Shown here piece after piece: positions 25,752 through 35,014 of a stretch of DNA of 41,169 nt. Source of the DNA: Nocardioides sp. (lineage in GTDB: Bacteria; Actinomycetota; Actinomycetes; Propionibacteriales; Nocardioidaceae); assembly GCA_025966445.1 (NCBI GenBank), contig JAICRP010000001.1:1-41169 (forward strand), written 5' to 3'. Position 1 is the first letter of the stretch. Each line of letters begins with the position of its first letter. The notes below the pieces were generated by a model, which was given only the letters and a program-made list of their open reading frames with translations, was not told where the DNA came from and did no database searches. The position numbers and the translations under genes were made by a program.

Positions 25752-28333
25752 GAATCGGCCTCCGGTAGCAGCGTCAGGGTGTGCTCGGCCGAATCGTCGA
25801 CGGCGTCGCGGGTGAAGGCCCACGGGATCGTCTCGCCCCGGACCCAGAGGTCGGTCTGGTCGGTGTAGTGGGCGTTGAACGGATGGCCGGAGACGCCGGT
25901 GAGGTTGATCCATCGGGAGTCGTCGAAGTCGGCGAGCGAGACGACCATGCGCATGGACGGGGCGAACGCGACGGTGTACCCCTCACTGACCAGGTTCGCC
26001 GAGGCGTCGACGGCGGCGGGACCACCGCCGACCTCCCAGCCGCCACGGTTGACCAGCCACTCGACCGGCCCGATGCCCGACGTGCCGAGCGTCGGCTCCG
26101 TGAGCTCGAGCCGGTGGAGGTGGCCCCACTCCCACTCGGAGACCAGCACCGCGTCGAGCTTGGTGACCTGGTCACGGGCCTCGGTCATCGCCAGCCGCAG
26201 GATGTCGTCGCGGGTCTCGACCTCGGGCGTCTCCCGGTCGTCCCACCAGGCCGACGTGGGGTCGTCGAGGAGGCCGGCCATCACGGCGATCCACCGGTCG
26301 CCACCGCTTGGCCAGACGTCCTCGGGCATCTCGTCGTGGAACGTCAGGTCCAGCAGGGTGCGCCAGACGACGTTGAAGTACTCGGCCGGGGCGCTGTCGG
26401 CGGGCTGGTCGAAGTCCCAGTGCCGCAGCTGCCGCTGACCGGCTGACCAGTACCCCCGGGGCAGGTCGACGGCGAGCAGGCGCGGGACGAGCACCGGCGC
26501 CAACGGGCTGCGGGTGTCGGTCTGGATCTCGGTCATGTCGGCTACCGACAGCGTGCCCTCGTCCTCGATCCGCCGCTCGAGCAGGTCGCGGATCCGCTGG
26601 GACCGGTAGCCCTGGTCCCAGTCGTCGGTCAGGTGGTACGGGTAGTCCGGCCCGATCACGGCCTGGTTGGCGGTCACCACGAAGCCCTCGTCGGGGTCGA
26701 GCACGTGAGGCAGACCGTCGAACGGCACGTACTCGCCCGTCCAGTCGTTCTCGCTGCGCCAGCCCTCCTGCGGCTGGAGGCCGTCGTTCCCGGACTTCCG
26801 GATCGGGACCATTCCGGGAGCCTGGTAGCCGATGTGGCCGTCGCGGTCGGCGTACACGATGTTCTGCGCCGGCACCGCGAACGACGAGACCGCCTCGCGG
26901 AAGCTCGTCCAGTCACTGGCGATGTTGAGGTCGAAGATCGCGTCGGCGGTGCGGGAAGGCGTCAGCGCGGTCCAGGCGAGGGACACGGCCGTGGAGCTGC
27001 CACTGCCGGCCAGGTCGGCATAGAAGTCCGAGACGTCGCTGATGATCGGGCCGTGCGCCGTCGAGCGAACCTGCAGGGGTACGTCGTCCTCCCCGCGCAC
27101 GCGGATGGTCTCGTCGCGGATCGTGAGCGGCCGCGGCCGGCCGTCCTGCTCCCACTCGTCGCCGGTGACGCGTTCGAGGTACAGGTCGGTCACGTCCGGA
27201 CCCAGGTTGGTGAACCCCCAGGCGATGTCGGCGTTGTGGCCGATGATCACGCCGGGCACGCCGGCGAATGTGAAGCCCGCGACGTCGAGCGGGCACTCGC
27301 TGCTCACGGTCGTGCAGTGCAGCCCCATCTGCATCCAGATCCCCGGCATGCTCACGCCGAGGTGCGGGTCGTTCGCGAGCAACGGCTCGCCGGTCTGGGA
27401 GTGCTGGCCGTCGACGACCCAGCTGTTGCTCCCCACCCCGTCACCGCGTCCGACGAACGACGGCAACCGCTCCAGCGTGCGGTGCAGCCCGGCCAGCTGG
27501 GCCCGCTGGTCGGCGGTGAACGCCGGCCGCTCGGGGTTGCGGGTGCCGCCCTCCTCCGCCTCCGGCTCGAAGACGCCGTCGACCACGGCCCCGCCGCCGA
27601 CGATCGGGGCGTGCGCCTCGTAGTCGTACGCCGGGTACAGCTCGGCGACCTGCTCCGGCGTGTGGCCCACGGAGACCAGCGCACGCTCGATCTCCTCGTC
27701 GATGTTGCCCTTGAGGTCCCAGGCCATCGCCTTGAGCCACGCCAGCGAGTCGACAGCGGTCCACGGCTCGGGGCGGTAGTCGAGACCGCCGAGCCCGAGG
27801 ACGGTGTACTGCACGGCGATCTGCGACAGGCTGCGGTCCTCGAGGTAGGCGTTGACCCCGACCGCGTACGCCTCGAGCGCGGCTCGGGTCTCCGGCTTCA
27901 GCAGCGGCAGCTCCTGCGTGGCCACCCGCCGCCACCCCAACGTACGCACGAGCTCGTCGATCTCGAGGGTGTCGGGTCCGAACAGCTCCGAGAGGCGGCC
28001 GGCCGTGGTGTGCCGCCGCACGTCCATCTCGTAGAAGCGCTCCTGCGCCTGCACGTAGCCCTGCGCCGCCATCAGGTCGGCCGTCGTGTCGGCGTACAGC
28101 TGGGGGATGCCTCGCTCGTCGCGCACCACCTCCACCTCACCCGTCAGCCCGGGCACGCGGACCGACCCCTCTACCTGGGGGAACGGTCGCCGGACGAGCA
28201 TCACCGCCGTGACCAGACCCGCGAGGAGCAGGAGCACCAGCCCGACCACGCCGTACGCCGACCAGCGCACGGCCCGCGGCCACTCCGTGAAGACCTGCCA
28301 CCACGAACGGGAGGGGAATGTTCGCTCGCTCAT
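25745..28333 (-). CDS. Penicillin acylase family (Ntn hydrolase) with N-terminal membrane anchor
   Basis: RDERGIPQLYA, QGYVQAQER, GSNSWVV nucleophile, LLANDPHL, GHNADIAWGFTN, GVSGHP. Confidence 0.93.
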   Translation of the reverse strand: MSERTFPSRSWWQVFTEWPRAVRWSAYGVVGLVLLLLAGLVTAVMLVRRPFPQVEGSVRVPGLTGEVEVVRDERGIPQLYADTTADLMAAQGYVQAQERFYEMDVRRHTTAGRLSELFGPDTLEIDELVRTLGWRRVATQELPLLKPETRAALEAYAVGVNAYLEDRSLSQIAVQYTVLGLGGLDYRPEPWTAVDSLAWLKAMAWDLKGNIDEEIERALVSVGHTPEQVAELYPAYDYEAHAPIVGGGAVVDGVFEPEAEEGGTRNPERPAFTADQRAQLAGLHRTLERLPSFVGRGDGVGSNSWVVDGQHSQTGEPLLANDPHLGVSMPGIWMQMGLHCTTVSSECPLDVAGFTFAGVPGVIIGHNADIAWGFTNLGPDVTDLYLERVTGDEWEQDGRPRPLTIRDETIRVRGEDDVPLQVRSTAHGPIISDVSDFYADLAGSGSSTAVSLAWTALTPSRTADAIFDLNIASDWTSFREAVSSFAVPAQNIVYADRDGHIGYQAPGMVPIRKSGNDGLQPQEGWRSENDWTGEYVPFDGLPHVLDPDEGFVVTANQAVIGPDYPYHLTDDWDQGYRSQRIRDLLERRIEDEGTLSVADMTEIQTDTRSPLAPVLVPRLLAVDLPRGYWSAGQRQLRHWDFDQPADSAPAEYFNVVWRTLLDLTFHDEMPEDVWPSGGDRWIAVMAGLLDDPTSAWWDDRETPEVETRDDILRLAMTEARDQVTKLDAVLVSEWEWGHLHRLELTEPTLGTSGIGPVEWLVNRGGWEVGGGPAAVDASANLVSEGYTVAFAPSMRMVVSLADFDDSRWINLTGVSGHPFNAHYTDQTDLWVRGETIPWAFTRDAVDDSAEHTLTLLPEADSG

Positions 28334-28357
28334 GGTGGTTCTCAGTGTGCCGTACCA

Positions 28358-28384
28358 TTGGCAGTCGCCTGCGGCGAGTGCCAG
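28358..28384 (+). promoter_or_regulatory. CIRCE-like element (HrcA operator)
   Basis: TTGGCAGTC-N9-GAGTGCCAG versus consensus TTAGCACTC-N9-GAGTGCTAA; abuts -10 TACCAT (28353-28358). Confidence 0.8.
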
Positions 28385-28402
28385 CAAGATCGAAGGGGAA
28401 CC

Positions 28403-28738
28403 GTGCCGACCTACCAGTACGCCTGCACCGAGTGCGGGCATGCCTTCGACCAGTTCCAGAGCTTCTCCGACGATGCGCTGACCCAGTGCCCGGAGTGCCA
28501 GGGCCGGCTCCGCAAGATCTTCAACGCCGTCGGCGTGGTGTTCAAGGGCTCCGGCTTCTACCGCAACGACAGCCGCGACAAGAAGCCGTCCGCTCTCTCG
28601 TCCGAGAGCAAGTCGGACGGCAAGTCCGACACCACGTCGGACTCGGGGGCCTCGAGCAGCGCCAAGTCCGAGACGAAGTCGGAGAAGAAGGCCGACGCCT
28701 CCTCGTCCAGCAGCGCCAAGGCCCCGGCCACGGCCTAG
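28403..28738 (+). CDS. FmdB-family zinc-ribbon protein (Rv0991c/Ruc-like)
   Basis: MPTYQYACTECGH..CPECQGRLRK..FKGSGFYRND plus low-complexity S/K tail. Confidence 0.93.
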   Translation: MPTYQYACTECGHAFDQFQSFSDDALTQCPECQGRLRKIFNAVGVVFKGSGFYRNDSRDKKPSALSSESKSDGKSDTTSDSGASSSAKSETKSEKKADASSSSSAKAPATA

Positions 28739-28793
28739 TCACCCGCTGTGGAGAGCGCTCCCACCGCCTCCCCGACCGGCCTACGGTCGTCGC

Positions 28794-29423
28794 GTGCTCG
28801 ACCGCTCGCAGCTCGCCCGCCGGCGACGCGCCGTACGCCGCGTGGTGCTGTCGCGGCGTCGCCCCCTGGCCGCGCTCCTGGCCGCCGCGGCTGTGGTCGC
28901 CGGGCTGCACGAGCTGAGACCCCCGCCGCCCGACGTGGTGGCCGTGCTCACGGCCGCTCGTGACCTCCCGGCCGGCACCACGCTGCGCGAGCGGGACCTG
29001 ATGTCGGTCGACTACGCGTCGGGCACGGCGCCGGCCGGCCTGGCCAGCGACGCGGTGGGCCGGGTCCTGGCGGGGCCTGTCCGAGCAGGCGAACCGGTCA
29101 CCGACGTCCGTCTCGTCGGCGGTGCGCTCGCCGCGGCATATCCGGCCTCGGTCGCGATCCCCGTCCGGATGCCCGACGCCGGCATGGCCGCGTTGCTGCG
29201 CGTCGGTGACCGGATCGACCTGGTCGCGGCCGACCCGCAGGGCGTGACAGCCCGCGTCGTCGCGTCCGACCTGACCGTCGTGGCGCTGCCGCAGCCCGAC
29301 GAGGAGGCTCTGGCCAGCGGCCTGCCCGGCCGCTTGGTCGTCCTCGCGGCACCCGAGGCCCTGCGAGAGGAGATGGCCCAGGCGGCGGTGACGGGGTTCC
29401 TGACCTTCACCTACGCCCGCTAG
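28794..29423 (+). CDS. SAF/CpaB-like domain membrane protein (Rv0990c-like)
   Basis: RRR plus TM, VLTAARDLPAGTTL, GEPVTDVRL, LLRVGDRIDLV; conserved position after fmdB. Confidence 0.85.
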   Translation: MLDRSQLARRRRAVRRVVLSRRRPLAALLAAAAVVAGLHELRPPPPDVVAVLTAARDLPAGTTLRERDLMSVDYASGTAPAGLASDAVGRVLAGPVRAGEPVTDVRLVGGALAAAYPASVAIPVRMPDAGMAALLRVGDRIDLVAADPQGVTARVVASDLTVVALPQPDEEALASGLPGRLVVLAAPEALREEMAQAAVTGFLTFTYAR

Positions 29424-29482
29424 CGTGCAGTCGTCGAATCGCCTTGGCCGGCCCTCGGGCGCGGCCGCCTGAGGAGCAACTC

Positions 29483-29836
29483 ATGACCGGTTTCAGGAAC
29501 TTCGTCCTCAAGGGCAATCTCATCGAGATCGCCGTGGGCCTCATCATGGCGCTGGCCTTCGCAGCGGTGGTCACCGCATTCGTCGCGTGGCTGACCAGCC
29601 TGATGCCGGACTCGGCCTCGAACATCTTCAGCGACGCGGAGCCCTTCGGGGCGTTCATGAATGCGCTCATCTCGTTCGTGCTGCTCGCCGCGGTCGTCTA
29701 CTACTTCGTGGTCCTGCCCTACACGAAGGCCAAGGAGCGCTACTTCCCGTCCGACGAGGCCGGCACGCCGGCCGACGTCGCGCTGTTGGAGGAGATCCGC
29801 GACCTGCTCGCGAGTCAGGGCAATCGGCCCGTCTGA
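29483..29836 (+). CDS. mscL: Large-conductance mechanosensitive channel
   Basis: GFRNFVLKGNLIEIAVGLIMALAF, LLEEIRDLL; GAGGAG SD. Confidence 0.93.
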   Translation: MTGFRNFVLKGNLIEIAVGLIMALAFAAVVTAFVAWLTSLMPDSASNIFSDAEPFGAFMNALISFVLLAAVVYYFVVLPYTKAKERYFPSDEAGTPADVALLEEIRDLLASQGNRPV

Positions 29837-29837
29837 C

Positions 29838-30023
29838 CTAGCCGTGGTGCGGCGGCACCTGGTCGCGGTACCAGGTGTCGCGGGCCGACTCGTCCCGACG
29901 ATCGTCCGAGCCGGGATCCCGCTCGTCGGTCGTCGTCTCGGGCAGCACGTCGCCGAAGACCTCGGCCAGCCGGCGCTTGCGCTCCGCCTCCTGCCGAGCC
30001 TCGTCCGAGGGCAGGTCGGTCAT
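29838..30023 (-). CDS. Small conserved actinobacterial hypothetical protein
   Basis: VFGDVLPETTTDERD...QVPPHHG pattern; ATGA overlap with the LCP stop. Confidence 0.75.
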   Translation of the reverse strand: MTDLPSDEARQEAERKRRLAEVFGDVLPETTTDERDPGSDDRRDESARDTWYRDQVPPHHG

Positions 30024-31294
30024 GCGCAGAGCCCGTTGTCGATCGCTTCCTGCGTGTCTTCCTCAGTAGGCACGTCGGACGGCGTGGAGGACGGCGTGCT
30101 CGGCGAGCTGGGCGTCCCGGTCGGCGACCCGCTCGGACCGGCTGTGTCGGTCGGCGTCGGGGTCGGGGTCGGGGAACCGGGCAGGTGCTCCGCGCTGATC
30201 GCGTCGTCGAGGAACCGCGGCGCCAGCGGCTTGTCGTCGATCATCGCCTGCCAGACCTGCTTGGACTCGGGGAGCCAGCGGATCCGGTTCGGGTCGTCGG
30301 GGGCGTACTGCCACGGGACGGTGATGAACTGGATGTTGTCGAGGCCGATGTTCTTGAACTCCACGCCGAGCTTGGCGATCTTGACCAGGCTGCCGAGTCC
30401 CTCGTCGAGCTGGAGGGACCGGGTCGACGCGTCGAGGAACTTCAGCAGCCGGTCGGGCCGGGCCAGCGTGTTGGCGCTCAGCACCTGGTGCGCCATCGCG
30501 GCGAGGAACGCCTGCTGACGCTTCATCCGGCCGATGTCGGAGCCGTTGCCCAGCACGTATCGCTCGCGCACGTAGTTGAGGGCCTGGAACCCCTCGAGCT
30601 TGCGGGTGCCGGCCGGGATGTTGATGCCGTGGGCAGGGTCTTGGATGCCCGGCTCGGGGATGCACACCTGGACGCCGCCGATCGCGTCCACCATGCCGCG
30701 GAACCCTGCGAAGTCGACGACGATGAAGTGGTCGATCGGGATGCCCGTGAGCTGCTCGACCTGGTGCACCGTGCAGGCCGGGCCCCCGACCGAGAAGGCC
30801 TCGTTCCACATCACGTCGGTGCCACCGGGGATCGGGTCGAGGTCCTCGTCGAGGCACTCGGGCCGGTTGACGAGCGAGTCCCGCGGGATGCTGATGCCGT
30901 ACGCGCGCTGCCGGTCGGCCGACAGGTGCAGGAGGATCGTGGTGTCGGACCGCTTGCCACCGCCGGTGAGGTTGTCGATGTTGTTGCCGGGGGCGTCGCG
31001 GTCGTCGGACCCCATCACCAGGATGTTGAGCGGCTCCTTGGGACCCTCGACCTCCTTCTTCACCGGGCGGTCGACGATCTGCTCCCCGACGTCGATCACG
31101 TCGAGGTTGCCGTTGTAGTGGCGGTACAGGTACAGCGTCGACAGCCCGGTCACCAGCGCGAGCACGACCGACGTGACGAGGAGCACGCGGCCGACGGTGT
31201 GCCGCTTCTTGACCCGGCCGCGCCGCTTCGGCTTGCCTAGCGAGGGGTCGCTGGATCCAGGCGTGGCGCCCTCAGGGGGGTCGGACTCGGACAC
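30020..31294 (-). CDS. LytR-CpsA-Psr (LCP) family phosphotransferase
   Basis: TM helix, NILVMGSD, RSDTTILLH, SIPRDS, DFAGF, ALNYVRER, SDIGRMKRQQ. Confidence 0.94.
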   Translation of the reverse strand: MSESDPPEGATPGSSDPSLGKPKRRGRVKKRHTVGRVLLVTSVVLALVTGLSTLYLYRHYNGNLDVIDVGEQIVDRPVKKEVEGPKEPLNILVMGSDDRDAPGNNIDNLTGGGKRSDTTILLHLSADRQRAYGISIPRDSLVNRPECLDEDLDPIPGGTDVMWNEAFSVGGPACTVHQVEQLTGIPIDHFIVVDFAGFRGMVDAIGGVQVCIPEPGIQDPAHGINIPAGTRKLEGFQALNYVRERYVLGNGSDIGRMKRQQAFLAAMAHQVLSANTLARPDRLLKFLDASTRSLQLDEGLGSLVKIAKLGVEFKNIGLDNIQFITVPWQYAPDDPNRIRWLPESKQVWQAMIDDKPLAPRFLDDAISAEHLPGSPTPTPTPTDTAGPSGSPTGTPSSPSTPSSTPSDVPTEEDTQEAIDNGLCA

Positions 31295-31455
31295 GCGGAA
31301 GCCTCGGGGTAGGCAACAGGACAAGACGTCGTGGCCACGACGCCTGCCCCCATGGTGACGTTGCTTCCTGAGAAGAACCAACTCCACCGACCGTCGGTAT
31401 GAGGGGGGAGCGCCTCCCGTGACAGGATGTCCGGCGCCGAAACGTCATCGGCCAC

Positions 31456-31528
31456 GCCCCAGTAGCTCAGTGGATAGAGCAGCCGCCTCCTAAGCGAAAG
31501 GTCGCCAGTTCGACTCTGGCCTGGGGCA
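31456..31528 (+). tRNA. tRNA-Arg (anticodon CCT), CCA not encoded
   Basis: Acceptor GCCCCAG/CTGGGGC, D arm GCTC/GAGC, loop CT-CCT-AA, T arm GCCAG-TTCGACT-CTGGC. Confidence 0.92.
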
Positions 31529-31546
31529 CTCCCCGAGGGCGTCCGC

Positions 31547-32155
31547 TCAGTGCAGCCCACGCATGCGCAGGACCGCCTGCGTCCGATCTCGCACCTGCAG
31601 CTTGGCGAGCACGTTGGAGACGTGGTTCTGCACGGTCTTGACGCTGAGCCCGAGCTCGCGGGCGATCTCGGCGTTGCTGGCTCCGCGGGCAACCAGGGCG
31701 AGCACCTCCGACTCGCGCCCCGTGAGCGAGGCACCGCCGGGCCAGCCCGCCAGGGAGCCCGTGCCGGTGACGCCCGGCCCGACGATCGAGCCCCCCGCGG
31801 CGACCGTACGGATGGCGGCGAGGACCTGCTCCTGACCCGCGTCCTTGAGGACGTAGCCGCGGGCGCCGACCCTGAGCGCCGCGACCACCGAGGCTTCGTC
31901 CCCCTGCATGGTGAGGACGAGGACGGAGCACTCGGGCGCCGAGGCGACGATCCGACGGGTGGCCTCGAGGCCGGGCGTGCGCGGCAGGTTGAGGTCCATG
32001 AGCACGACGTCCGGACGCGTCTCCAGCGTGCGGTGGATCGCCGCGTCCCCGTCGGCGGCCTCGCCGACGACCTCCATGTCCGGGACGGTCTCCAGCAGGC
32101 TGGTGATGCCGGCGCGGAACAGCGGATGGTCGTCGACGACGAGGACCCGGATCAC
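31547..32155 (-). CDS. NarL/LuxR family response regulator
   Basis: [42 protein letters not shown]; GTGA overlap with the kinase stop. Confidence 0.95.
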   Translation of the reverse strand: MIRVLVVDDHPLFRAGITSLLETVPDMEVVGEAADGDAAIHRTLETRPDVVLMDLNLPRTPGLEATRRIVASAPECSVLVLTMQGDEASVVAALRVGARGYVLKDAGQEQVLAAIRTVAAGGSIVGPGVTGTGSLAGWPGGASLTGRESEVLALVARGASNAEIARELGLSVKTVQNHVSNVLAKLQVRDRTQAVLRMRGLH

Positions 32156-34122
32156 GCCTGCACCTCCAACCGGACGGGGAGCCGCAGCCGCACCGCCGTG
32201 CCACGAGTCTTGGTCGACACCTCCACCGCGCCGCCGATCTCGGCCGCGCGATGGTGCATGCCGGGGATGCCGAGCCCACGGCCCGCACGGGCTCCGCCAC
32301 ATCCGTCGTCGACCACCTCGATGACCAGCGCATCGGCCGTCAGCGACCCGGACACGCGACACCGCGTTGCGCGGGCGTGCCGCACCACGTTGGTCAGAGC
32401 CTCCTGGGTGACGCGGTACGCGGCCACCTCGACGGCAGCCGGCAGTCCCGGCCGCGCTTCGGGCAGCTCCAGCGTGACTGCGAGCCCCGACCCGTCGGCC
32501 AGCTCCCGACCGAGCTCGGCGATGGCGCCGAACAGCCCGAGGTCGTCGACAGCCGGGGGCCGCAGCCCCTGGACGATCCGGCGGACCTCGACGACGGTGT
32601 CGCTGAGCCCGAGCCGGAGCCGATGAAGACGGTCCTCGACCGGTTGTCCGTCGGCGACGAGGTTCTGGACGGCGTCGAGCTGGAATCCCAGGCCGGCCAG
32701 CGCCGGCCCGAGCCCGTCGTGGAGGTCGCTGCGGAGACGACGCCGTTCCTGCTCACGGGCCATGACGAGCCGTCCCTGCGCGTCACGGAGCTCCTCGACG
32801 AGCCCCGCCGTGTGCACGGCGCCGCCGATCTGGTGGGCCAGCGCCTCGAGCAGGGTCCGATCGGTGGCGTTCAGTGGCCGGCCGGTCCAGCGCAGCTCGC
32901 CCACCTCCCGTCCGTACGCCGTGAGCGGCAGCTTGTCGGTCGACGGGCCCTCGCTGCCGCTCGCGCTCAGGACCCGACCGCTGGTGTCCCGGATCTCGGC
33001 GTAGGAGAACCCGAGTCCGTCGACCATCTCGGTGGTCAGGGCATCCAGGAGCGTGGAAGAGTCCGCGGAGTCCGCGAGTCGTCGACCCGTGTCTGCCAGC
33101 ACGGTCGCGGGAGCGGCCCATCGGCCGTAGGTCAGCTGGTTGACGATGCCCTGCAGCCAGTCCCGCAACGGGACGAACACCACGGCGACCACCGCCGTGG
33201 CGACCAGCGGCAACCACGGGGCGCCACGGTCCTGCAGCATGACGCCGGCGCCCACGACGACCAGGGCGTAGAGACCTGCCAGCACGGCCGAGAGGGCGAC
33301 GTAGGTGAGGGTCCGGGTGACCGCGAGCTGCACGTCGTACAACCGCCGCTGGAACATGGCCACGGCCACCGCGAGGGGCACGGGAAGCGTCGACAGCGCG
33401 AACATCCACGGCCTCGAGGCAGGCGTGCCGGCCAGCACCAGGACCAGCAGTGGGAGCGCGAACGCGATGCCGAAGACCAGCACCTGCTGACGGATGAGCT
33501 CGTCGCCGGCCTGCCACCGGTGGACCATCGCGCGGATCACGACGAAGAGGGCGACGAACGCCAGCGCGAGCGAGGCGATGGCGAGGAGGTCCGCGGCCAG
33601 CTGCCAGGACCCCGGGAACCCGATCGGGTTGTCGACCGTCGCCAGCCGGTTCTCCAGCGGGACCGGGGCGGCCAGGGATGCCACGGTGAAGGCGGTCACG
33701 GCTGCCCACACCAGGCGGGTCGCTGCCCGACTGGGCGATCGGCCGTCCGGGAACACGAGCGGCAGCGCCAGCACGAGCACCAGCCAGCCGAACCCACGCA
33801 TCGCACTACCCAGGACGCCGATCAGCGCAGCAGCCACGGATCCCGGGCCCTCGTCGAGCACGGCGATGCCCAGCGCCAGGAGACCCTCGCCGACACCCCA
33901 GGTCCAGGCTCCTACGAGCATGAGCCGCCCGACCGGATGACCCGGTCGGGCGAGCTCGACGGCAACGCCCACCACCGCGTACGCCGCCACGGCAAGCACG
34001 ATGACGAGGTCGTCGAAGGAAGCACGGGAGTCAGTGACCGCCATCGCGACGACGACGCCGGCGACGGCCGAGCCGGCCACCAGCAGCGCCGCGGACCCTC
34101 GGATCCCCCGCACGCGCTTCAC
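32152..34122 (-). CDS. Multi-TM sensor histidine kinase (HisKA_3 type)
   Basis: Many TM helices, [15 protein letters not shown]-box, [11 protein letters not shown]-box, DDGCG, GLGIPGM. Confidence 0.94.
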   Translation of the reverse strand: MKRVRGIRGSAALLVAGSAVAGVVVAMAVTDSRASFDDLVIVLAVAAYAVVGVAVELARPGHPVGRLMLVGAWTWGVGEGLLALGIAVLDEGPGSVAAALIGVLGSAMRGFGWLVLVLALPLVFPDGRSPSRAATRLVWAAVTAFTVASLAAPVPLENRLATVDNPIGFPGSWQLAADLLAIASLALAFVALFVVIRAMVHRWQAGDELIRQQVLVFGIAFALPLLVLVLAGTPASRPWMFALSTLPVPLAVAVAMFQRRLYDVQLAVTRTLTYVALSAVLAGLYALVVVGAGVMLQDRGAPWLPLVATAVVAVVFVPLRDWLQGIVNQLTYGRWAAPATVLADTGRRLADSADSSTLLDALTTEMVDGLGFSYAEIRDTSGRVLSASGSEGPSTDKLPLTAYGREVGELRWTGRPLNATDRTLLEALAHQIGGAVHTAGLVEELRDAQGRLVMAREQERRRLRSDLHDGLGPALAGLGFQLDAVQNLVADGQPVEDRLHRLRLGLSDTVVEVRRIVQGLRPPAVDDLGLFGAIAELGRELADGSGLAVTLELPEARPGLPAAVEVAAYRVTQEALTNVVRHARATRCRVSGSLTADALVIEVVDDGCGGARAGRGLGIPGMHHRAAEIGGAVEVSTKTRGTAVRLRLPVRLEVQA

Positions 34123-34128
34123 CTCCGC

Positions 34129-34824
34129 TCAGAGGGTGCCTGAACTTAGCCGTTCGCGCTGTGGATTCGCGACCTCCCGCTCATCGTCTCGATGACGCAG
34201 GAGGAGCACGCCCACGCCGACGAACCAGACCATCCACACCAAGGTGCCCCAGTCGTGGAGGTTCACGGTGGCCAGCGGTGTCGAGGCGAACAGCACCACC
34301 GACGTCGCGAGCCCGAAGCCGCCCCACCAGCGCGGGTGCACGTGGCCGGCCAGGGCCGCCACCGCGAAGCCCAGCGTGCTGCCGCCGAGGAGCAGCAGGC
34401 TCAGGAAGTAGGCGAAGATGCGCACGTTGTTGATGGCGAACGCTGCGTCCAGGTCGAGGCCGTGCTGCGCGCCGTACATCGCGGCACCGCCGGCCGGGAA
34501 CCCGACGGCGAACGTGACGGCGACGTAGGCCAGCCCGCACAGGACACCGGTCTCGGCAGCCCAGCCGGCCAGCTCGCCGCCCCTGCCCAGGACCCGGCCG
34601 AGGAACACCAGCACCGGCACCAGCATCAGGAACGCGAAGCTCTCCAGCACCCCGCCGGCGAAGGACCGTGTCAGGTCGCCCTCCACGTAGGCCTCCGCGA
34701 TGCCGCCGACGCCGTCGGCGAAGAGCGCCGGCATCTCCAGGGCGAGTGAGACCGGGATCAGGACGACGTGGGCGATGGCCAGTGCGCCGGCCGCCCGCCA
34801 CAACAGTTGAGGAGTCGAGGTCAT
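34129..34824 (-). CDS. Polytopic membrane protein (DUF4386-like), co-oriented with the two-component pair
   Basis: About six hydrophobic helices; ends 7 nt before the kinase start. Confidence 0.75.
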   Translation of the reverse strand: MTSTPQLLWRAAGALAIAHVVLIPVSLALEMPALFADGVGGIAEAYVEGDLTRSFAGGVLESFAFLMLVPVLVFLGRVLGRGGELAGWAAETGVLCGLAYVAVTFAVGFPAGGAAMYGAQHGLDLDAAFAINNVRIFAYFLSLLLLGGSTLGFAVAALAGHVHPRWWGGFGLATSVVLFASTPLATVNLHDWGTLVWMVWFVGVGVLLLRHRDDEREVANPQRERLSSGTL

Positions 34825-35014
34825 GTGTGCCTCCCGGCACGTGAGGGAATGAGACCTCCAGATCGTCGGTCCTCACGCTGACGAGCGCCTCGGGCGGAAT
34901 CCCGGATCGCCCGGGAGAATCTCCCGGATCGGTTCTCGCCCGCCGGCATGCTTCCCACGATGTCCACCCAGGCAGGTGGAGTGTGCCGGCGTGAATGTCC
35001 GGATGATGGGTCGG

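Noticed and set aside
29424-29482. GC-rich hairpin upstream of mscL as a riboswitch or ncRNA
   Set aside because: Short and imperfect; I cannot match it to a known RNA family without a covariance search.
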